From a bacterium (GTDB lineage: Bacteria > Patescibacteriota > Minisyncoccia > UBA6257 > GWB1-50-10): DNA of 64,000 nt. Location of the stretch: the NCBI GenBank assembly GCA_021814545.1, contig JAKAID010000001.1:107910-171909 (forward strand). The letters run 5' to 3'. A program made the position numbers and the translations under genes. Under the pieces are notes generated by a model, which searched no databases, was not told the DNA's origin, and worked only from the letters and a program-made list of their open reading frames with translations. The first letter of the stretch is position 1; each line of letters opens with the position of its first letter. This document shows, in pieces, positions 19,420 to 29,031 of the stretch.

Positions 19420-20133
19420 CTACTCTCCGGCAACCACCACCGCGAATTCCCCTCTCGATTCTCCCTCTTCGCCGCCGAACCGGCCGGCGGCTTCTTTTAC
19501 CGTGCCGGTAAAGATTTCTTCGTGCACCTTTGTAAGCTCGCGCCCCACAATAAGGCGCCGTTCGTCGCCTAACACTTCGCGGATGCTCGCGAGCGCCTTC
19601 CCGATGCGGTGGGGCGATTCATAGAACACTGCGGGCCAGATAGTATTTGTTGTTAGGTTTTCAAAAAATGTTTTCCTGCCCTTCTTGTGCGGGGGGAATC
19701 CCAGGAATACGAACTGGTCCGCGGAGAGACCGGATACGGAAAGCAATGTCGTTATCGCGGAAGCTCCGGGAATGGGTATAATGTTCGCCGCAGGCTCCTC
19801 GGCGCGCACACGCGCCACGAGGCGGCTCCCAGGGTCAGCGATACCTGGCGTGCCCGCGTCAGAAACAAAGACAACGCGCTTTCCTTCACGCAGAAAACGT
19901 AGCACTTCTTCCGACGCTCGTTCGTGGGCGTGCTCGTCGTAGCGCAACAGGCTCTTCCTTATTTCGTAGTGCGCAAGAAGACGCGCAATAACCCGCGTAT
20001 CTTCTGCAAAAATAACATCAGCCGCCTTGAGGGAATCGAGTGCGCGGAGGGTAATATCCCCGAGATTGCCGATGGGGGTTGCCACTATCGCAAGTTCTCC
20101 GTGTTTTTCTTCCATGGTTTCCTTATTCATCAT
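19420..20133 (-). CDS. rsmI: 16S rRNA C1402 2'-O-methyltransferase
   Basis: VATPIGNLGDIT, AEDTR, SDAGTPGIADPG, YESPHR, RELTKVHEE. Confidence 0.96.
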   Translation of the reverse strand: MMNKETMEEKHGELAIVATPIGNLGDITLRALDSLKAADVIFAEDTRVIARLLAHYEIRKSLLRYDEHAHERASEEVLRFLREGKRVVFVSDAGTPGIADPGSRLVARVRAEEPAANIIPIPGASAITTLLSVSGLSADQFVFLGFPPHKKGRKTFFENLTTNTIWPAVFYESPHRIGKALASIREVLGDERRLIVGRELTKVHEEIFTGTVKEAAGRFGGEEGESRGEFAVVVAGE

Positions 20134-20166
20134 ACAAAAACCCCCGCGGAAGCGGGAGTTCGTTCA

Positions 20167-20490
20167 TTATTTCGTCGCCGTAAGCCTCTCGCGCGTCTTC
20201 TTGCTCGAGAAATCGCGGATATAGTAGAGCTTTGATTTGTGCACCTTCTTCGGCGTTGCAAGTACCTCGATCTTTGCAATGTTCGGTGAGTGCACGGGGA
20301 ACACCTTCTCCACGCCTACCTCCTGGAGGATCGCGCGGACCGTGAAGGTCGCGCCCGCCTCTGCTCCATGCTTATGCGCAAGCACAAGGCCCTCGAACGC
20401 GCTCTGGCGCTCCTTGTCGCCCTCTTTGATGCGTTCCCATACGCGCACCTTCGCTCCGGGACGGATTTTTGAGATCAAGTCTTTATCCAT
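20167..20490 (-). CDS. rplS: 50S ribosomal protein L19
   Basis: IKEGDKERQSAFEG, TFTVR, GVEKVFPVHSP, KLYYIRD. Confidence 0.96.
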   Translation of the reverse strand: MDKDLISKIRPGAKVRVWERIKEGDKERQSAFEGLVLAHKHGAEAGATFTVRAILQEVGVEKVFPVHSPNIAKIEVLATPKKVHKSKLYYIRDFSSKKTRERLTATK

Positions 20491-20526
20491 AACGTACACA
20501 AAGTGTAGAAGATTATGCCAAAAAAA

Positions 20527-21273
20527 TCAAGTCCGGTGGCGCTCCGCCTCCAGGGCATCGATGACCTTCTGGAGCTCGGGCGGCAGCTCCGCTTCCAGCC
20601 TTACTCGATTGCCGTCCGGCGTCGAAAATTCGATGGATTCCGCGTGGAGGAACTGGCGCTCAAGCCCAAGGCCATTCGCCTTTGGTCCGTAGAGAGTATC
20701 GCCCACGATGGGGTGGCCGATGGATGCCAAATGCACGCGTATCTGGTGGGTGCGCCCCGTGCGCGGCGTAACCCGCACGAGCGAATAGTATGTCGCTCCG
20801 CGCCCCTCGAGCACGCTCTTCTGGTACACCTTCACCACCTCGTACTCGGTCACCGCCTCTTTCACCATTTTCATATCGCGCGCCCGCGTGCTCCGCTTTA
20901 CTGTACCCGGCTTTAACCCAATGGGCAGGTCTACCACACCCTTCCCGAGAAGCCTGCCGTTCACGAGCGCGAGATAGGTCTTTTTCACCTGGTGGTTCTG
21001 GAAGAGGTGCTTCATAAAGCTGAAAAAGGCCTGATTCCGTGCTATCACAATGACGCCCGAGGTATCCTTGTCGAGTCGGTGCACTATGCCCGGGCGCGTC
21101 GCGGGGTCGTCGCCCACGCGGCTGATTTCCGGGTAGTCCTTCACCGCACGGTCGGCCACCGTGTGGCCCGCAGTCCGTTCCTCAAAGCCTTTGATACCGT
21201 GCACAAGCATGCCCGCCGGTTTGTTGAACGCTACGTAGTCTTTTGTGGCGTGAATGACCCTCAACATAATCAT
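20527..21273 (-). CDS. RluA/RluD family pseudouridine synthase
   Basis: NKPAGMLVH, GIVHRLDKDTSG, TGRTHQIRVH, GDTLYG, FLHA. Confidence 0.94.
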   Translation of the reverse strand: MIMLRVIHATKDYVAFNKPAGMLVHGIKGFEERTAGHTVADRAVKDYPEISRVGDDPATRPGIVHRLDKDTSGVIVIARNQAFFSFMKHLFQNHQVKKTYLALVNGRLLGKGVVDLPIGLKPGTVKRSTRARDMKMVKEAVTEYEVVKVYQKSVLEGRGATYYSLVRVTPRTGRTHQIRVHLASIGHPIVGDTLYGPKANGLGLERQFLHAESIEFSTPDGNRVRLEAELPPELQKVIDALEAERHRT

Positions 21274-21399
21274 TCAGAACACTATACCAGAAAGCCCCAA
21301 ATAGCTCAATAAATATGCGGGTTTTTCTGCTTCCCCCTTGCCAAAACCTTGAGGGTATGCTAAGCTATGCGCATAATCCCTGCGTGAGGGGTTTTTTAT

Positions 21400-21852
21400 A
21401 TGACATTAAAACTTATTCCGATCGTATTGAGTGCGGTCATTATGACCTTCCCTATCCCTTCGGAGATACCGGTCATAGGCAGCCACACCATCATGAAAGA
21501 GGCGGTTATGAAGGTTGCGGAAGCGGCAGTTGCTCCGAAGAAGAGTGATGACGCCCTCGCTACCACCATCCGCAAGATGTGGGTTACCGCATACGCGAGC
21601 ACCCCGGAGGAGACCGACGACACGCCGTTCATTACGGCGAACGGCACCGAGGTCCGCGATGGCATCGTGGCGACCAACATGCTTCCCTTCCACACAAAAG
21701 TGATGATTCCTCGCCTTTTCGGCAACAAGGTCTTCACGGTGGAGGATCGCATGCACCCCCGCAAGAAGAACTTCATCGACGTCTGGATGCCGACCAAGCA
21801 GAAGGCGCTCGATATGGGCATCGGCTATCTCGATGTGGTCGTCTTGAACTAA
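21400..21852 (+). CDS. 3D-domain secreted protein (cell-wall glycosidase-like)
   Basis: Signal peptide; VTAYAS..ETDDTPFITANG, VEDRM, IDVW. Confidence 0.88.
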   Translation: MTLKLIPIVLSAVIMTFPIPSEIPVIGSHTIMKEAVMKVAEAAVAPKKSDDALATTIRKMWVTAYASTPEETDDTPFITANGTEVRDGIVATNMLPFHTKVMIPRLFGNKVFTVEDRMHPRKKNFIDVWMPTKQKALDMGIGYLDVVVLN

Positions 21853-21924
21853 TCAAAGCTAAAAATACCGCTCCCGCAAAAAGGGGCGGTATTTTTTTAT
21901 CCCGGGGGGTGGTAAAATGAGCAC

Positions 21925-23220
21925 ATGAATTTTGAAATCGATGGCGGAAAAACGCTTTCCGGTTCTATTTCCATAAACGCTTCGAAAAATTCCGCAGTGG
22001 GGCTTCTTTGCGCCTCGCTGCTGAATAAGGGCACGACCACGCTCCTCAATATGCCCAAAATCGAGGAGGTATACCGCATTATTGAAGTCCTGGAAAGTGT
22101 CGGCGTAAAAACCGCCTGGAATGGCTCGACGCTTATCATCACGCCGCCCCGCAAGCTGAAATTGCAGCACCTGAACGCGGAGTCAGCCGCAAAAACGAGG
22201 AGCATCGTTATGTTCATGGGGCCACTCGTCCATCTTTTCCCTTCGTTCTCCATCCCACAAACCGGCGGCTGCAAACTCGGCTCACGCACTGTTCAGCCGC
22301 ATCTTTTTGCGCTCGAAAAGCTCGGTGTGCGTATCAAAACAAAAGCGAATGAATACGCAGTAAGCGCAAAAAAGCTCAATCCCGCGGATATCGTTCTCTA
22401 CGAATCTGGCGACACCGTAACCGAGAACGTGCTCATGGCGGCCTCAAAGATTCAAGGGAAAACCGTAATAAAACTCGCGTCCGCGAACTATATGGTGCAG
22501 GACCTCTGCCGCTTCCTCGAACTCTTCGGCGTGAAGATGGAAGGCATCGGTACCACGACGCTCACTATCCATGGCGTGAAAGAAATGAATAAGCCCGTTT
22601 CGTTTGCATTGAGCGAAGATCCGATTGAGGCGATGCTCTTTCTCTCTATTGCTGCAACCACCCGCTCGCACATTACCATCAAACGCTGCCCTATCGACTT
22701 TCTTGAGCTCGAACTCCTGAAACTCGAGAAAATGGGGTTTAAGTACAAAGCGACGAAGCGGTATAAATCCGCAAACGGCCACACCGACCTCGTCGACATC
22801 GAAACATTCCCGTCGAACCTCACGGCGCTCGATGAGAAGATTTACGGGCGTCCCTTCCCTGGCCTCAACATCGACAACCTCCCCTTCTTTGTGCCCATCG
22901 CTGCGGTCGCGAAAGGTCAGACGCTCATTCATGACTGGGTGTACGAGAACCGCGCCCTCTACTACCTCGAACTTTCCAAGCTCAACGTAAATCTTCTTCT
23001 CGCCGACCCGCACCGCGTGTTCGTAACCGGCCCCACGCAATTCAAGCCTGCTGAGGTCATTTGCCCTCCCGCGTTGCGCCCCGCCGCTATTATTCTTATC
23101 GCAATGCTCGCGGCCCCGGGAAAATCACTCTTGCGGAACGTCTATTCCATCAATCGCGGCTATGAGGACCTTGCGACACGCCTCCGCAAGCTTGGTGCAC
23201 GCATAAAAATAGTCACGTAA
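21925..23220 (+). CDS. murA: UDP-N-acetylglucosamine 1-carboxyvinyltransferase
   Basis: ASKNS, GGCKLGSR (catalytic Cys), YENR, INRGYE. Confidence 0.93.
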   Translation: MNFEIDGGKTLSGSISINASKNSAVGLLCASLLNKGTTTLLNMPKIEEVYRIIEVLESVGVKTAWNGSTLIITPPRKLKLQHLNAESAAKTRSIVMFMGPLVHLFPSFSIPQTGGCKLGSRTVQPHLFALEKLGVRIKTKANEYAVSAKKLNPADIVLYESGDTVTENVLMAASKIQGKTVIKLASANYMVQDLCRFLELFGVKMEGIGTTTLTIHGVKEMNKPVSFALSEDPIEAMLFLSIAATTRSHITIKRCPIDFLELELLKLEKMGFKYKATKRYKSANGHTDLVDIETFPSNLTALDEKIYGRPFPGLNIDNLPFFVPIAAVAKGQTLIHDWVYENRALYYLELSKLNVNLLLADPHRVFVTGPTQFKPAEVICPPALRPAAIILIAMLAAPGKSLLRNVYSINRGYEDLATRLRKLGARIKIVT

Positions 23221-23221
23221 C

Positions 23222-23256
23222 AAAAAACCCGCCCTCAATCGAGGGGGCGGGTTTTT
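23222..23256. terminator. Bidirectional intrinsic terminator
   Basis: AAAAAACCCGCCC...GGGCGGGTTTTT between convergent genes. Confidence 0.75.
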
Positions 23257-23257
23257 A

Positions 23258-23587
23258 TTACCGGTAGTCACCATTCCCATGAAGCTGCCTGCGCTCTTTT
23301 CGCGAACGCAGTTTTTCAATGTTCGCGTTCGCAACCTCGTCGAGCGTGGTCCCGAATTCAATCGCGGTGCGCGAAAGGAACCAGAGCACATCACCCAACT
23401 CCATTTTTATTGCCGCGCGTACCTCGTCGTTCAAAACGCCCTTTAGGTCGCGCTCTATCTTCGAGACTTTCCCCGCAACCTCACCTGCTTCGCCCGCAAG
23501 GCCAAGCGTCGGATACACATGGTTTCGGCCCACATTCGGGTACACCGCGGTTTCTCCCGCCTGTGCGTCATATTCGTCGAACGTCAT
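23258..23587 (-). CDS. MazG-like NTP pyrophosphohydrolase
   Basis: LGLAGEAGEV, ELGDVLW, NIEKLRSR. Confidence 0.9.
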   Translation of the reverse strand: MTFDEYDAQAGETAVYPNVGRNHVYPTLGLAGEAGEVAGKVSKIERDLKGVLNDEVRAAIKMELGDVLWFLSRTAIEFGTTLDEVANANIEKLRSRKERRQLHGNGDYR

Positions 23588-23596
23588 AAATCGTTT

Positions 23597-24220
23597 TTAT
23601 TTCACTAATCCGCGTATCGCCGCGCGGTAATGCTCGTTCACCGCATCCCAATTTACCACGTTCCACCAGGCCTCGACGTATTCAGGCCTCCTATTCTGGA
23701 ACTTGAGATAGTACGCATGTTCCCACGCATCACAGTTCATGATCGGCGTAAATCCAGCCGAGAGCGGGTTGTCCTGATTCGGGAGTGCCAGAATCGACAT
23801 CTTTCCGTCCTTATCCACCACAAGCCACGCCCACCCGCTTCCAAAAATTCCGAGCGTCGCCTTCGTGAATGTTTCCTTAAACGCCGCAAAACTTCCGAAT
23901 GTCTCATCCATCTTCAATGCGAAGCCGCCGGCGGGCTCCCCTCCCTTTTGGGGCGCCATGATGCTCCAAAAAAGCGTGTGGCTCGCATGGCCGCCGCCGT
24001 GATTCTTCACCGCAGCGCGGACGTCCTCGGGGACCGCAGCGAGGTCGCGGAGCAGCTCCTCGACCGGCTTATCCCTCAGCGCAGAGTGTTTTTCCACCGC
24101 CTCGTTAAGCTTTGCAACATATGTTGCATGATGCTTATCATGGTGGACCTCCAATGTACGCGCATCGAGGTGTGGCTCGAGTGCATCAAACGCGTACGGG
24201 AGTTTTGGTAATGTATGCAT
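23597..24220 (-). CDS. sodA: Superoxide dismutase (Mn-type signature)
   Basis: HHDKHH, NHGGGH, FGSGWAWL, PNQD, DAWEHAYY. Confidence 0.95.
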   Translation of the reverse strand: MHTLPKLPYAFDALEPHLDARTLEVHHDKHHATYVAKLNEAVEKHSALRDKPVEELLRDLAAVPEDVRAAVKNHGGGHASHTLFWSIMAPQKGGEPAGGFALKMDETFGSFAAFKETFTKATLGIFGSGWAWLVVDKDGKMSILALPNQDNPLSAGFTPIMNCDAWEHAYYLKFQNRRPEYVEAWWNVVNWDAVNEHYRAAIRGLVK

Positions 24221-24232
24221 ACCGGTATTATA

Positions 24233-24913
24233 TCACCGTACTCGTTTCGGCGTCTTATAGCGAATGGCGAGCGCCACCGCATCTTTTTTCGCAAACTCTC
24301 CCACGCGCGTGCGTTCAAGACTTGCAAGATAGCCACCCACCCGCAACTTCTCCCCGATATCGCGCGCGAGGGCGCGGATGTAGACGCCGGGCCCAGTCAC
24401 GATGCGGAATTTGAGGTAGGGCCACCGGTACGAAATAAACTCGAGCTCTTTCACAAGCGCCGGGCGTGCCTTCATTTCCACGAGCTCGCCCCTCCTTGCG
24501 CGTGCGTAGGCCGCCATTCCTTTTACTTTCAGCGCGCTGAATGCCGGCGGGCGCTGCATCGTAATGCCCACAAAGGAATCGAGCGCGCTTCGAATATCGA
24601 CGAGCGGCGGATGCCTTTTTGAAACGAACGTTTTTTCTCCTTCTCCATCATCTGTCGAGCTTTTTGCGCCAAGCCTTACCGAAGCTCGGTATTCTTTTTC
24701 TTTCGCGACCTCCTCGGCGATGCGCGTTGTCGCCTCGCGCCCCACCGCAACCACGATGATGCCGGCGGCCCTGGGGTCGAGCGTACCCGCATGGCCGATT
24801 TTCTTTTCGGCGATGCGGTGCTTTAACTCGCGTATCACATCGTATGAACTCGGGCCCTTCGGTTTCCAAATGCCCACAAAACCTCTAAAATCTTTTCCTA
24901 TTTTTTTAGCCAT
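24233..24913 (-). CDS. truB: tRNA pseudouridine(55) synthase
   Basis: KIGHAGTLDP, PPAFSALKVKG, GVYIRALARDIG. Confidence 0.95.
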   Translation of the reverse strand: MAKKIGKDFRGFVGIWKPKGPSSYDVIRELKHRIAEKKIGHAGTLDPRAAGIIVVAVGREATTRIAEEVAKEKEYRASVRLGAKSSTDDGEGEKTFVSKRHPPLVDIRSALDSFVGITMQRPPAFSALKVKGMAAYARARRGELVEMKARPALVKELEFISYRWPYLKFRIVTGPGVYIRALARDIGEKLRVGGYLASLERTRVGEFAKKDAVALAIRYKTPKRVR

Positions 24914-25499
24914 TTTTCTTCACGAGTTCCCTTGCGAGTTTCGCCGCATCGCGCGCTTTTAAAAGATAGTTTGCGGCGGCGCGCATGCGTACGCGCGTAA
25001 CCTCATAGAGCACAATACCCGCGGTGACCGACAAATTAAGGCTTTGCACCATACCTCGCATCGGTATCGTAAGGAATACGTCGGCGTATGCGCGCATTTC
25101 TTCCGAAATACCGCGCGCCTCATTCCCGAATACGAGCGCGAGCTTTGTACCGGTGAGTTTCGCGCGATAGATGGATACCGCTTTCGCATCGAGCGCGGTC
25201 GCCACCACGAAATAGCCCCGCTTTTTGAGCTCGCGAATGCACGCCTCCGGCGTATCGAACGAACGGAACGCAACCCATTTATTCCCTGAAGAAGACGATT
25301 TTTTGCCGATGCGGCGAGGATTAAAGCGCGCTTCTTTGTTGAATACGAACCACACTTCAGGTATGCCGAATGCTTCCGCACTCCGTACGACCGCTTCTGC
25401 GTTGTGCGGGTCATGAATATCTTCAAGCACCACTATCAGTCCCGCCTGGCGCGCTTCAGCAACTTTTTTTATCTTTGCTATACGTTCTTTTGTTGGCAT
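24906..25499 (-). CDS. SpoU/TrmH family RNA 2'-O-methyltransferase
   Basis: DPHNAEAVVRS, FGNEARG, IPMRGMVQSLNLSV. Confidence 0.9.
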   Translation of the reverse strand: MPTKERIAKIKKVAEARQAGLIVVLEDIHDPHNAEAVVRSAEAFGIPEVWFVFNKEARFNPRRIGKKSSSSGNKWVAFRSFDTPEACIRELKKRGYFVVATALDAKAVSIYRAKLTGTKLALVFGNEARGISEEMRAYADVFLTIPMRGMVQSLNLSVTAGIVLYEVTRVRMRAAANYLLKARDAAKLARELVKKNG

Positions 25500-26191
25500 A
25501 CAAGATAGCTCGCCACCGTTGCGGCGGTCTCTGCGCGCAGCATAAGTGCGCCAAGGCTCATCACCGCGCACCCCGCACCCCGCATCGCCGCAAGCTCTTC
25601 CTCGCTCCACCCTCCCTCGGGTCCCACAAAGAGCGCTGCCTCGTCCGCAATGTCGCGCGCGAGCGCAGAAAACGGCTCCCCCGATGCATCACATGCGATA
25701 ACGGTGCGGCCCACCGCTTGCGCATCGACAATGGCTTCGCTGAACGGCATCACTTCCCCTACCGCGGGAACGGTCGTCCTGCCGCTCTGCTCTGCCGCCT
25801 CCTTCACGATTTTCTCGAGACGCACATGGTTGAGATTTTGCTTTATGGTTCGTTCGGTACGTACCGGAACGATGCGCGCTACCCCTGCCTCGGTTGCTTT
25901 TTGTGCAACGAACTCGAAATTGTCACGCTTCAGTGCCGCACAGTAGAGCGCGACGCTCCGCAATGCTTCGGCCGGAGCGGGGGCGTGCTCAAGAACCTCC
26001 ACCTCAAGAAACGCATCGCCCAGGTTCGTAATACTACAGCGTGCTTCACCCGCTCCGCGCTCTACGAGCATAAGAAAATCGCCTACACCGAGCCGTAACA
26101 CGTTCCGAACCTGGCGTATCGTCTCGTTATCGGTGAGCCGCAGTTTCTTTTGCGAAAGGTCGTAATCGCCGATGAACCGGTGAAGTCTCAT
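25478..26191 (-). CDS. rsmE: 16S rRNA m3U1498 methyltransferase
   Basis: NVLRL, QKATEAGV, EAAEQSGR, VGPEGGW, LRAETA. Confidence 0.95.
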   Translation of the reverse strand: MRLHRFIGDYDLSQKKLRLTDNETIRQVRNVLRLGVGDFLMLVERGAGEARCSITNLGDAFLEVEVLEHAPAPAEALRSVALYCAALKRDNFEFVAQKATEAGVARIVPVRTERTIKQNLNHVRLEKIVKEAAEQSGRTTVPAVGEVMPFSEAIVDAQAVGRTVIACDASGEPFSALARDIADEAALFVGPEGGWSEEELAAMRGAGCAVMSLGALMLRAETAATVASYLVCQQKNV

Positions 26192-26244
26192 AGTTTCACC
26201 CTACAATAAAAACAGCGTCCGCGACAGCGGACGCCTGTTTTCTT

Positions 26245-26478
26245 TTATATTCCGAGCGCTTCGTTGATGGCGCCTTTATCAAATCCGATTATGATAGAGC
26301 CTCCGATGTCGAGCACGGGAACACCGAGCTGGCCGGTCTTTTTTATCATTTCCTCGCGCGCAACCTCGTCCACCATCACGTCTTTATCGATATATTGTAC
26401 GCCCTTTTGATCAAAGTAGGCTTTCGCCATTTTGCAATAGACGCACGACGGAGTGGAATACACTGTTACTGTTTTCAT
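26245..26478 (-). CDS. Glutaredoxin-like protein (NrdH/YruB type)
   Basis: YSTPSCVYC, GQLGVPV, IIGFD. Confidence 0.92.
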   Translation of the reverse strand: MKTVTVYSTPSCVYCKMAKAYFDQKGVQYIDKDVMVDEVAREEMIKKTGQLGVPVLDIGGSIIIGFDKGAINEALGI

Positions 26479-26506
26479 ATTTTTATTCTACCACGCGTGT
26501 CAAGGC

Positions 26507-26890
26507 CTATTGGACCAGATATTGTCTCATCGTGGTATCGAGAAGCTGTTGGTCATGCTGAGAGAAGAAGGTCGTCGTCATATCGGTGCCGCACACGAAC
26601 ACGTCCCCGCCGGAATGCGTAAGGCGAAGCTGGGTTACGTCGTATCGCTTCCCCTGAATGGTCACTATACAACGATTATCGGGCTTCGGCGCGGGGGCGG
26701 GAGCAGGCTGGGGGGCGGGACGCTCGTGAGAAGCTGCTCCCGATACCGCAGTACTGGTCGCGAATGTGGCCGGCGTGGGTACGATGGAGGTCTGGTTGCT
26801 CTTCGCCGCCATTTGCCAACCTATTACAATGCCCGCCACGACGGCAAAATTTACGAGCGCAATGGTAGTTATGGTTCTTATGTTATTCAT
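26507..26890 (-). CDS. Membrane-anchored cytochrome b5-like protein (bis-His type)
   Basis: TM, Pro/Ala linker, then IQGKRYDVT...HSGG...GTDMT..F.SQH. Confidence 0.8.
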   Translation of the reverse strand: MNNIRTITTIALVNFAVVAGIVIGWQMAAKSNQTSIVPTPATFATSTAVSGAASHERPAPQPAPAPAPKPDNRCIVTIQGKRYDVTQLRLTHSGGDVFVCGTDMTTTFFSQHDQQLLDTTMRQYLVQ

Positions 26891-28176
26891 CCTAAAAATG
26901 AGAACTCTTCAAAAATTATATTGTGCTTCGGCACGTGATAAATATCCTCAAAATCGCGTGCGAGGCCCTCCACCATTCCTTGTGGGCCACAAAGCAAGAT
27001 GATTTTGTCCTTCGGGTCCCCCGCAATGCGCGCGACATGCTCGCTCGTGATGCGCCCTTCTATGTCCGAGCAAAAATCAAGCACATTAAACTTCGGGTTC
27101 GCCCGAGCGTGCGCAAGCTCCTCGGCGTAAAGCGCCTCATCCATATTCTTTACGCAATAAAAAACAGTTATGGTGCCGGTATTCCCCCGTGCGCTTAAAA
27201 ATTTCGCGAGGCTCAAGAATGGCGTTACGCCGATACCACCCGCTATCCATATCTGGTCTTTTGCGGACGCAAGCGCCTTCTCGCCGAATTTCCCGTATGG
27301 CCCATACACGTATACCTTGTCACCCTCCCTCACCACTTCAAGCTTCGAGGTATAGTCACCGAGCGATTTGATGGAAAACCGAAGCGCTGTTTCGGTCGGC
27401 GAAGAAACGATGGTGAACGGATGTTTCTCCCGCGCAAGCCACTTATTCTCGAGTGAAATGAACGCGAATTGGCCAGCCTCATACGGCAGACGGCCTGCGG
27501 TGGGCATAAGCGTGAGCTCGGTAATGGCTCCCGCGCGCATCACGAGTGAAACCGTGTACTCGTAACGAGGCCCAAAATATGTATACAAAAAACGCTTGTA
27601 ACTATACGCGGCGAGTGCCGCGAACGTGAGCCCCAAAGTCCATACCCGTAGGGGCAAATAAGCGGAAATGTCGCTCGTAATAAAGAGCATATGGAGCAGC
27701 ATGAACACGAGCGGGATTCCCATAAGAATGTGGGTCGCCTTCCAGATGTGATAGGGCAATTTCACGTAAAGCGTAAGAAAGATGAGAACGAGGAACGAAT
27801 AGAATGCAAAGATGCCGTAATCATACGAAAGAATGGAGGAAGGGATGATAAGGTTCATCGCCGCCCTTACGTTCGGGAGCGCATTCACCAACAGAAAGAG
27901 CGGATGGTAGACAATAAGCGCAAACCCGGAGCCGCCGAGTATGCGGTGCGCGTGATACACCTTATCGAGCCCGCCGAACCACTTTTCTACGAGTCTAATA
28001 CGCGCGGCGAGAATAAACTCGAACGCGAGAAGCACCGTGCCAAGAAGCGCGGTGATTTGGCCGAGGCTTTTGAGCGGAGCTGTAAAAACAGCGCCCGGCG
28101 TCGGCTTTGAAAGTATCCAGAGGTTCAACGTAAAAATAAGCGCACCAAAAACCACGACCCACCCCGTCTTCTTCAT
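26887..28176 (-). CDS. Ferric reductase/NOX-like flavocytochrome (heme TM + FAD + NAD(P)H domains)
   Basis: Two His pairs in TM helices; HPFT, GDYT, GPYG, AGGIGVTPF, CGP, FEEF. Confidence 0.9.
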   Translation of the reverse strand: MKKTGWVVVFGALIFTLNLWILSKPTPGAVFTAPLKSLGQITALLGTVLLAFEFILAARIRLVEKWFGGLDKVYHAHRILGGSGFALIVYHPLFLLVNALPNVRAAMNLIIPSSILSYDYGIFAFYSFLVLIFLTLYVKLPYHIWKATHILMGIPLVFMLLHMLFITSDISAYLPLRVWTLGLTFAALAAYSYKRFLYTYFGPRYEYTVSLVMRAGAITELTLMPTAGRLPYEAGQFAFISLENKWLAREKHPFTIVSSPTETALRFSIKSLGDYTSKLEVVREGDKVYVYGPYGKFGEKALASAKDQIWIAGGIGVTPFLSLAKFLSARGNTGTITVFYCVKNMDEALYAEELAHARANPKFNVLDFCSDIEGRITSEHVARIAGDPKDKIILLCGPQGMVEGLARDFEDIYHVPKHNIIFEEFSFLG

Positions 28177-28191
28177 TGATACCATTATACC

Positions 28192-28530
28192 CTATTTCGC
28201 GAGCACGCCCACGACAGGATACTCGCGTTTAATTATTTCACCGCCGATGAGGTCAAGCTCTTTTGAAGAATCTCTGCCTGCAAGATAATGGTACGAGCCG
28301 CCTGTTATGTAATACTCCTTTCCCTTTGATACGTCGTATACATATCCATCGAGACCGATATAAATAGGTTTGTCTGCGTTCGAGCCGTCGAATGGTGCCA
28401 GGTCCGCCTCGTGGTAGTGCGGAAGATTTTGAGGAACCCCGCTCACCATTTGCCGCTTCGCTATAAAATACGTCGAACCTATCGCAACCCCCAGAACAAT
28501 TACGAAAAGCGCTATTATTTTTTTATTCAT
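28192..28530 (-). CDS. MAPR/PGRMC-like cytochrome b5 heme/steroid-binding protein
   Basis: TM, then FDGS..KPIYIGLDGYVYDVSKGKEYY..GGSYHYLAGRDSS. Confidence 0.85.
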   Translation of the reverse strand: MNKKIIALFVIVLGVAIGSTYFIAKRQMVSGVPQNLPHYHEADLAPFDGSNADKPIYIGLDGYVYDVSKGKEYYITGGSYHYLAGRDSSKELDLIGGEIIKREYPVVGVLAK

Positions 28531-28550
28531 CACGGTGCGCATACAGTTGG

Positions 28551-28823
28551 TTAGTCATCATCGCCAAAATTTGGCGGTAGCGTAGGAAGAGGAGTAGATG
28601 TAGACGCGGGCCGCCGGGGCGGCGTGGTTACGCGCAGAAAAACCTGTTTTGGAATTCCCGGCGCGCGTGGGGCAACGGATTCGTTCGGGGGCGTTTGTGC
28701 GGCCGCCAATTTGTATGTCGCCACGCCCGTAGTAACGGTCGTCGCTGCAAGTAAAACTGCCACAATAAGGTGGGGAATCGCTTTCGCAAATAATCGCACC
28801 AATCTCATATATATATGACGCAT
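28551..28823 (-). CDS. Small hypothetical protein (TM, Pro-rich, acidic end)
   Basis: First ORF of the redox cluster, 8 nt from the longest frame of the next gene. Confidence 0.55.
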   Translation of the reverse strand: MRHIYMRLVRLFAKAIPHLIVAVLLAATTVTTGVATYKLAAAQTPPNESVAPRAPGIPKQVFLRVTTPPRRPASTSTPLPTLPPNFGDDD

Positions 28824-28870
28824 TTACACATTTTTTCTTACAAAAATTCGCCTTGCGGCGAATGTATTTG

Positions 28871-28943
28871 TGGACCCGACCGGATTTGAACCGGTGACCT
28901 CCTCATTGCAAATGAGGCGCTCTACCAGCTAAGCTACGGGCCC
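28871..28943 (-). tRNA. tRNA-Ala(TGC)
   Basis: GGGCCCG acceptor with G3:U70, CCTCA-TTTGCAA-TGAGG, GTTCAAATC; no CCA. Confidence 0.96.
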
Positions 28944-28955
28944 TTGTTCCGACGG

Positions 28956-29027
28956 TGGGCGTGGAAGGAATCGAACCTTCGACCTCTGTCTTATCAGGAC
29001 AGCGTTCTACCACTGAACTACACGCCC
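28956..29027 (-). tRNA. tRNA-Ile(GAT)
   Basis: GGGCGTG acceptor, CTGTC-CTGATAA-GACAG, GTTCGATTC. Confidence 0.96.
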
Positions 29028-29031
29028 ATAT

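Noticed and set aside
7416-26191. Concentration of RNA-modification genes as a novel system
   Set aside because: All are ordinary housekeeping families, and the density is expected in a reduced genome
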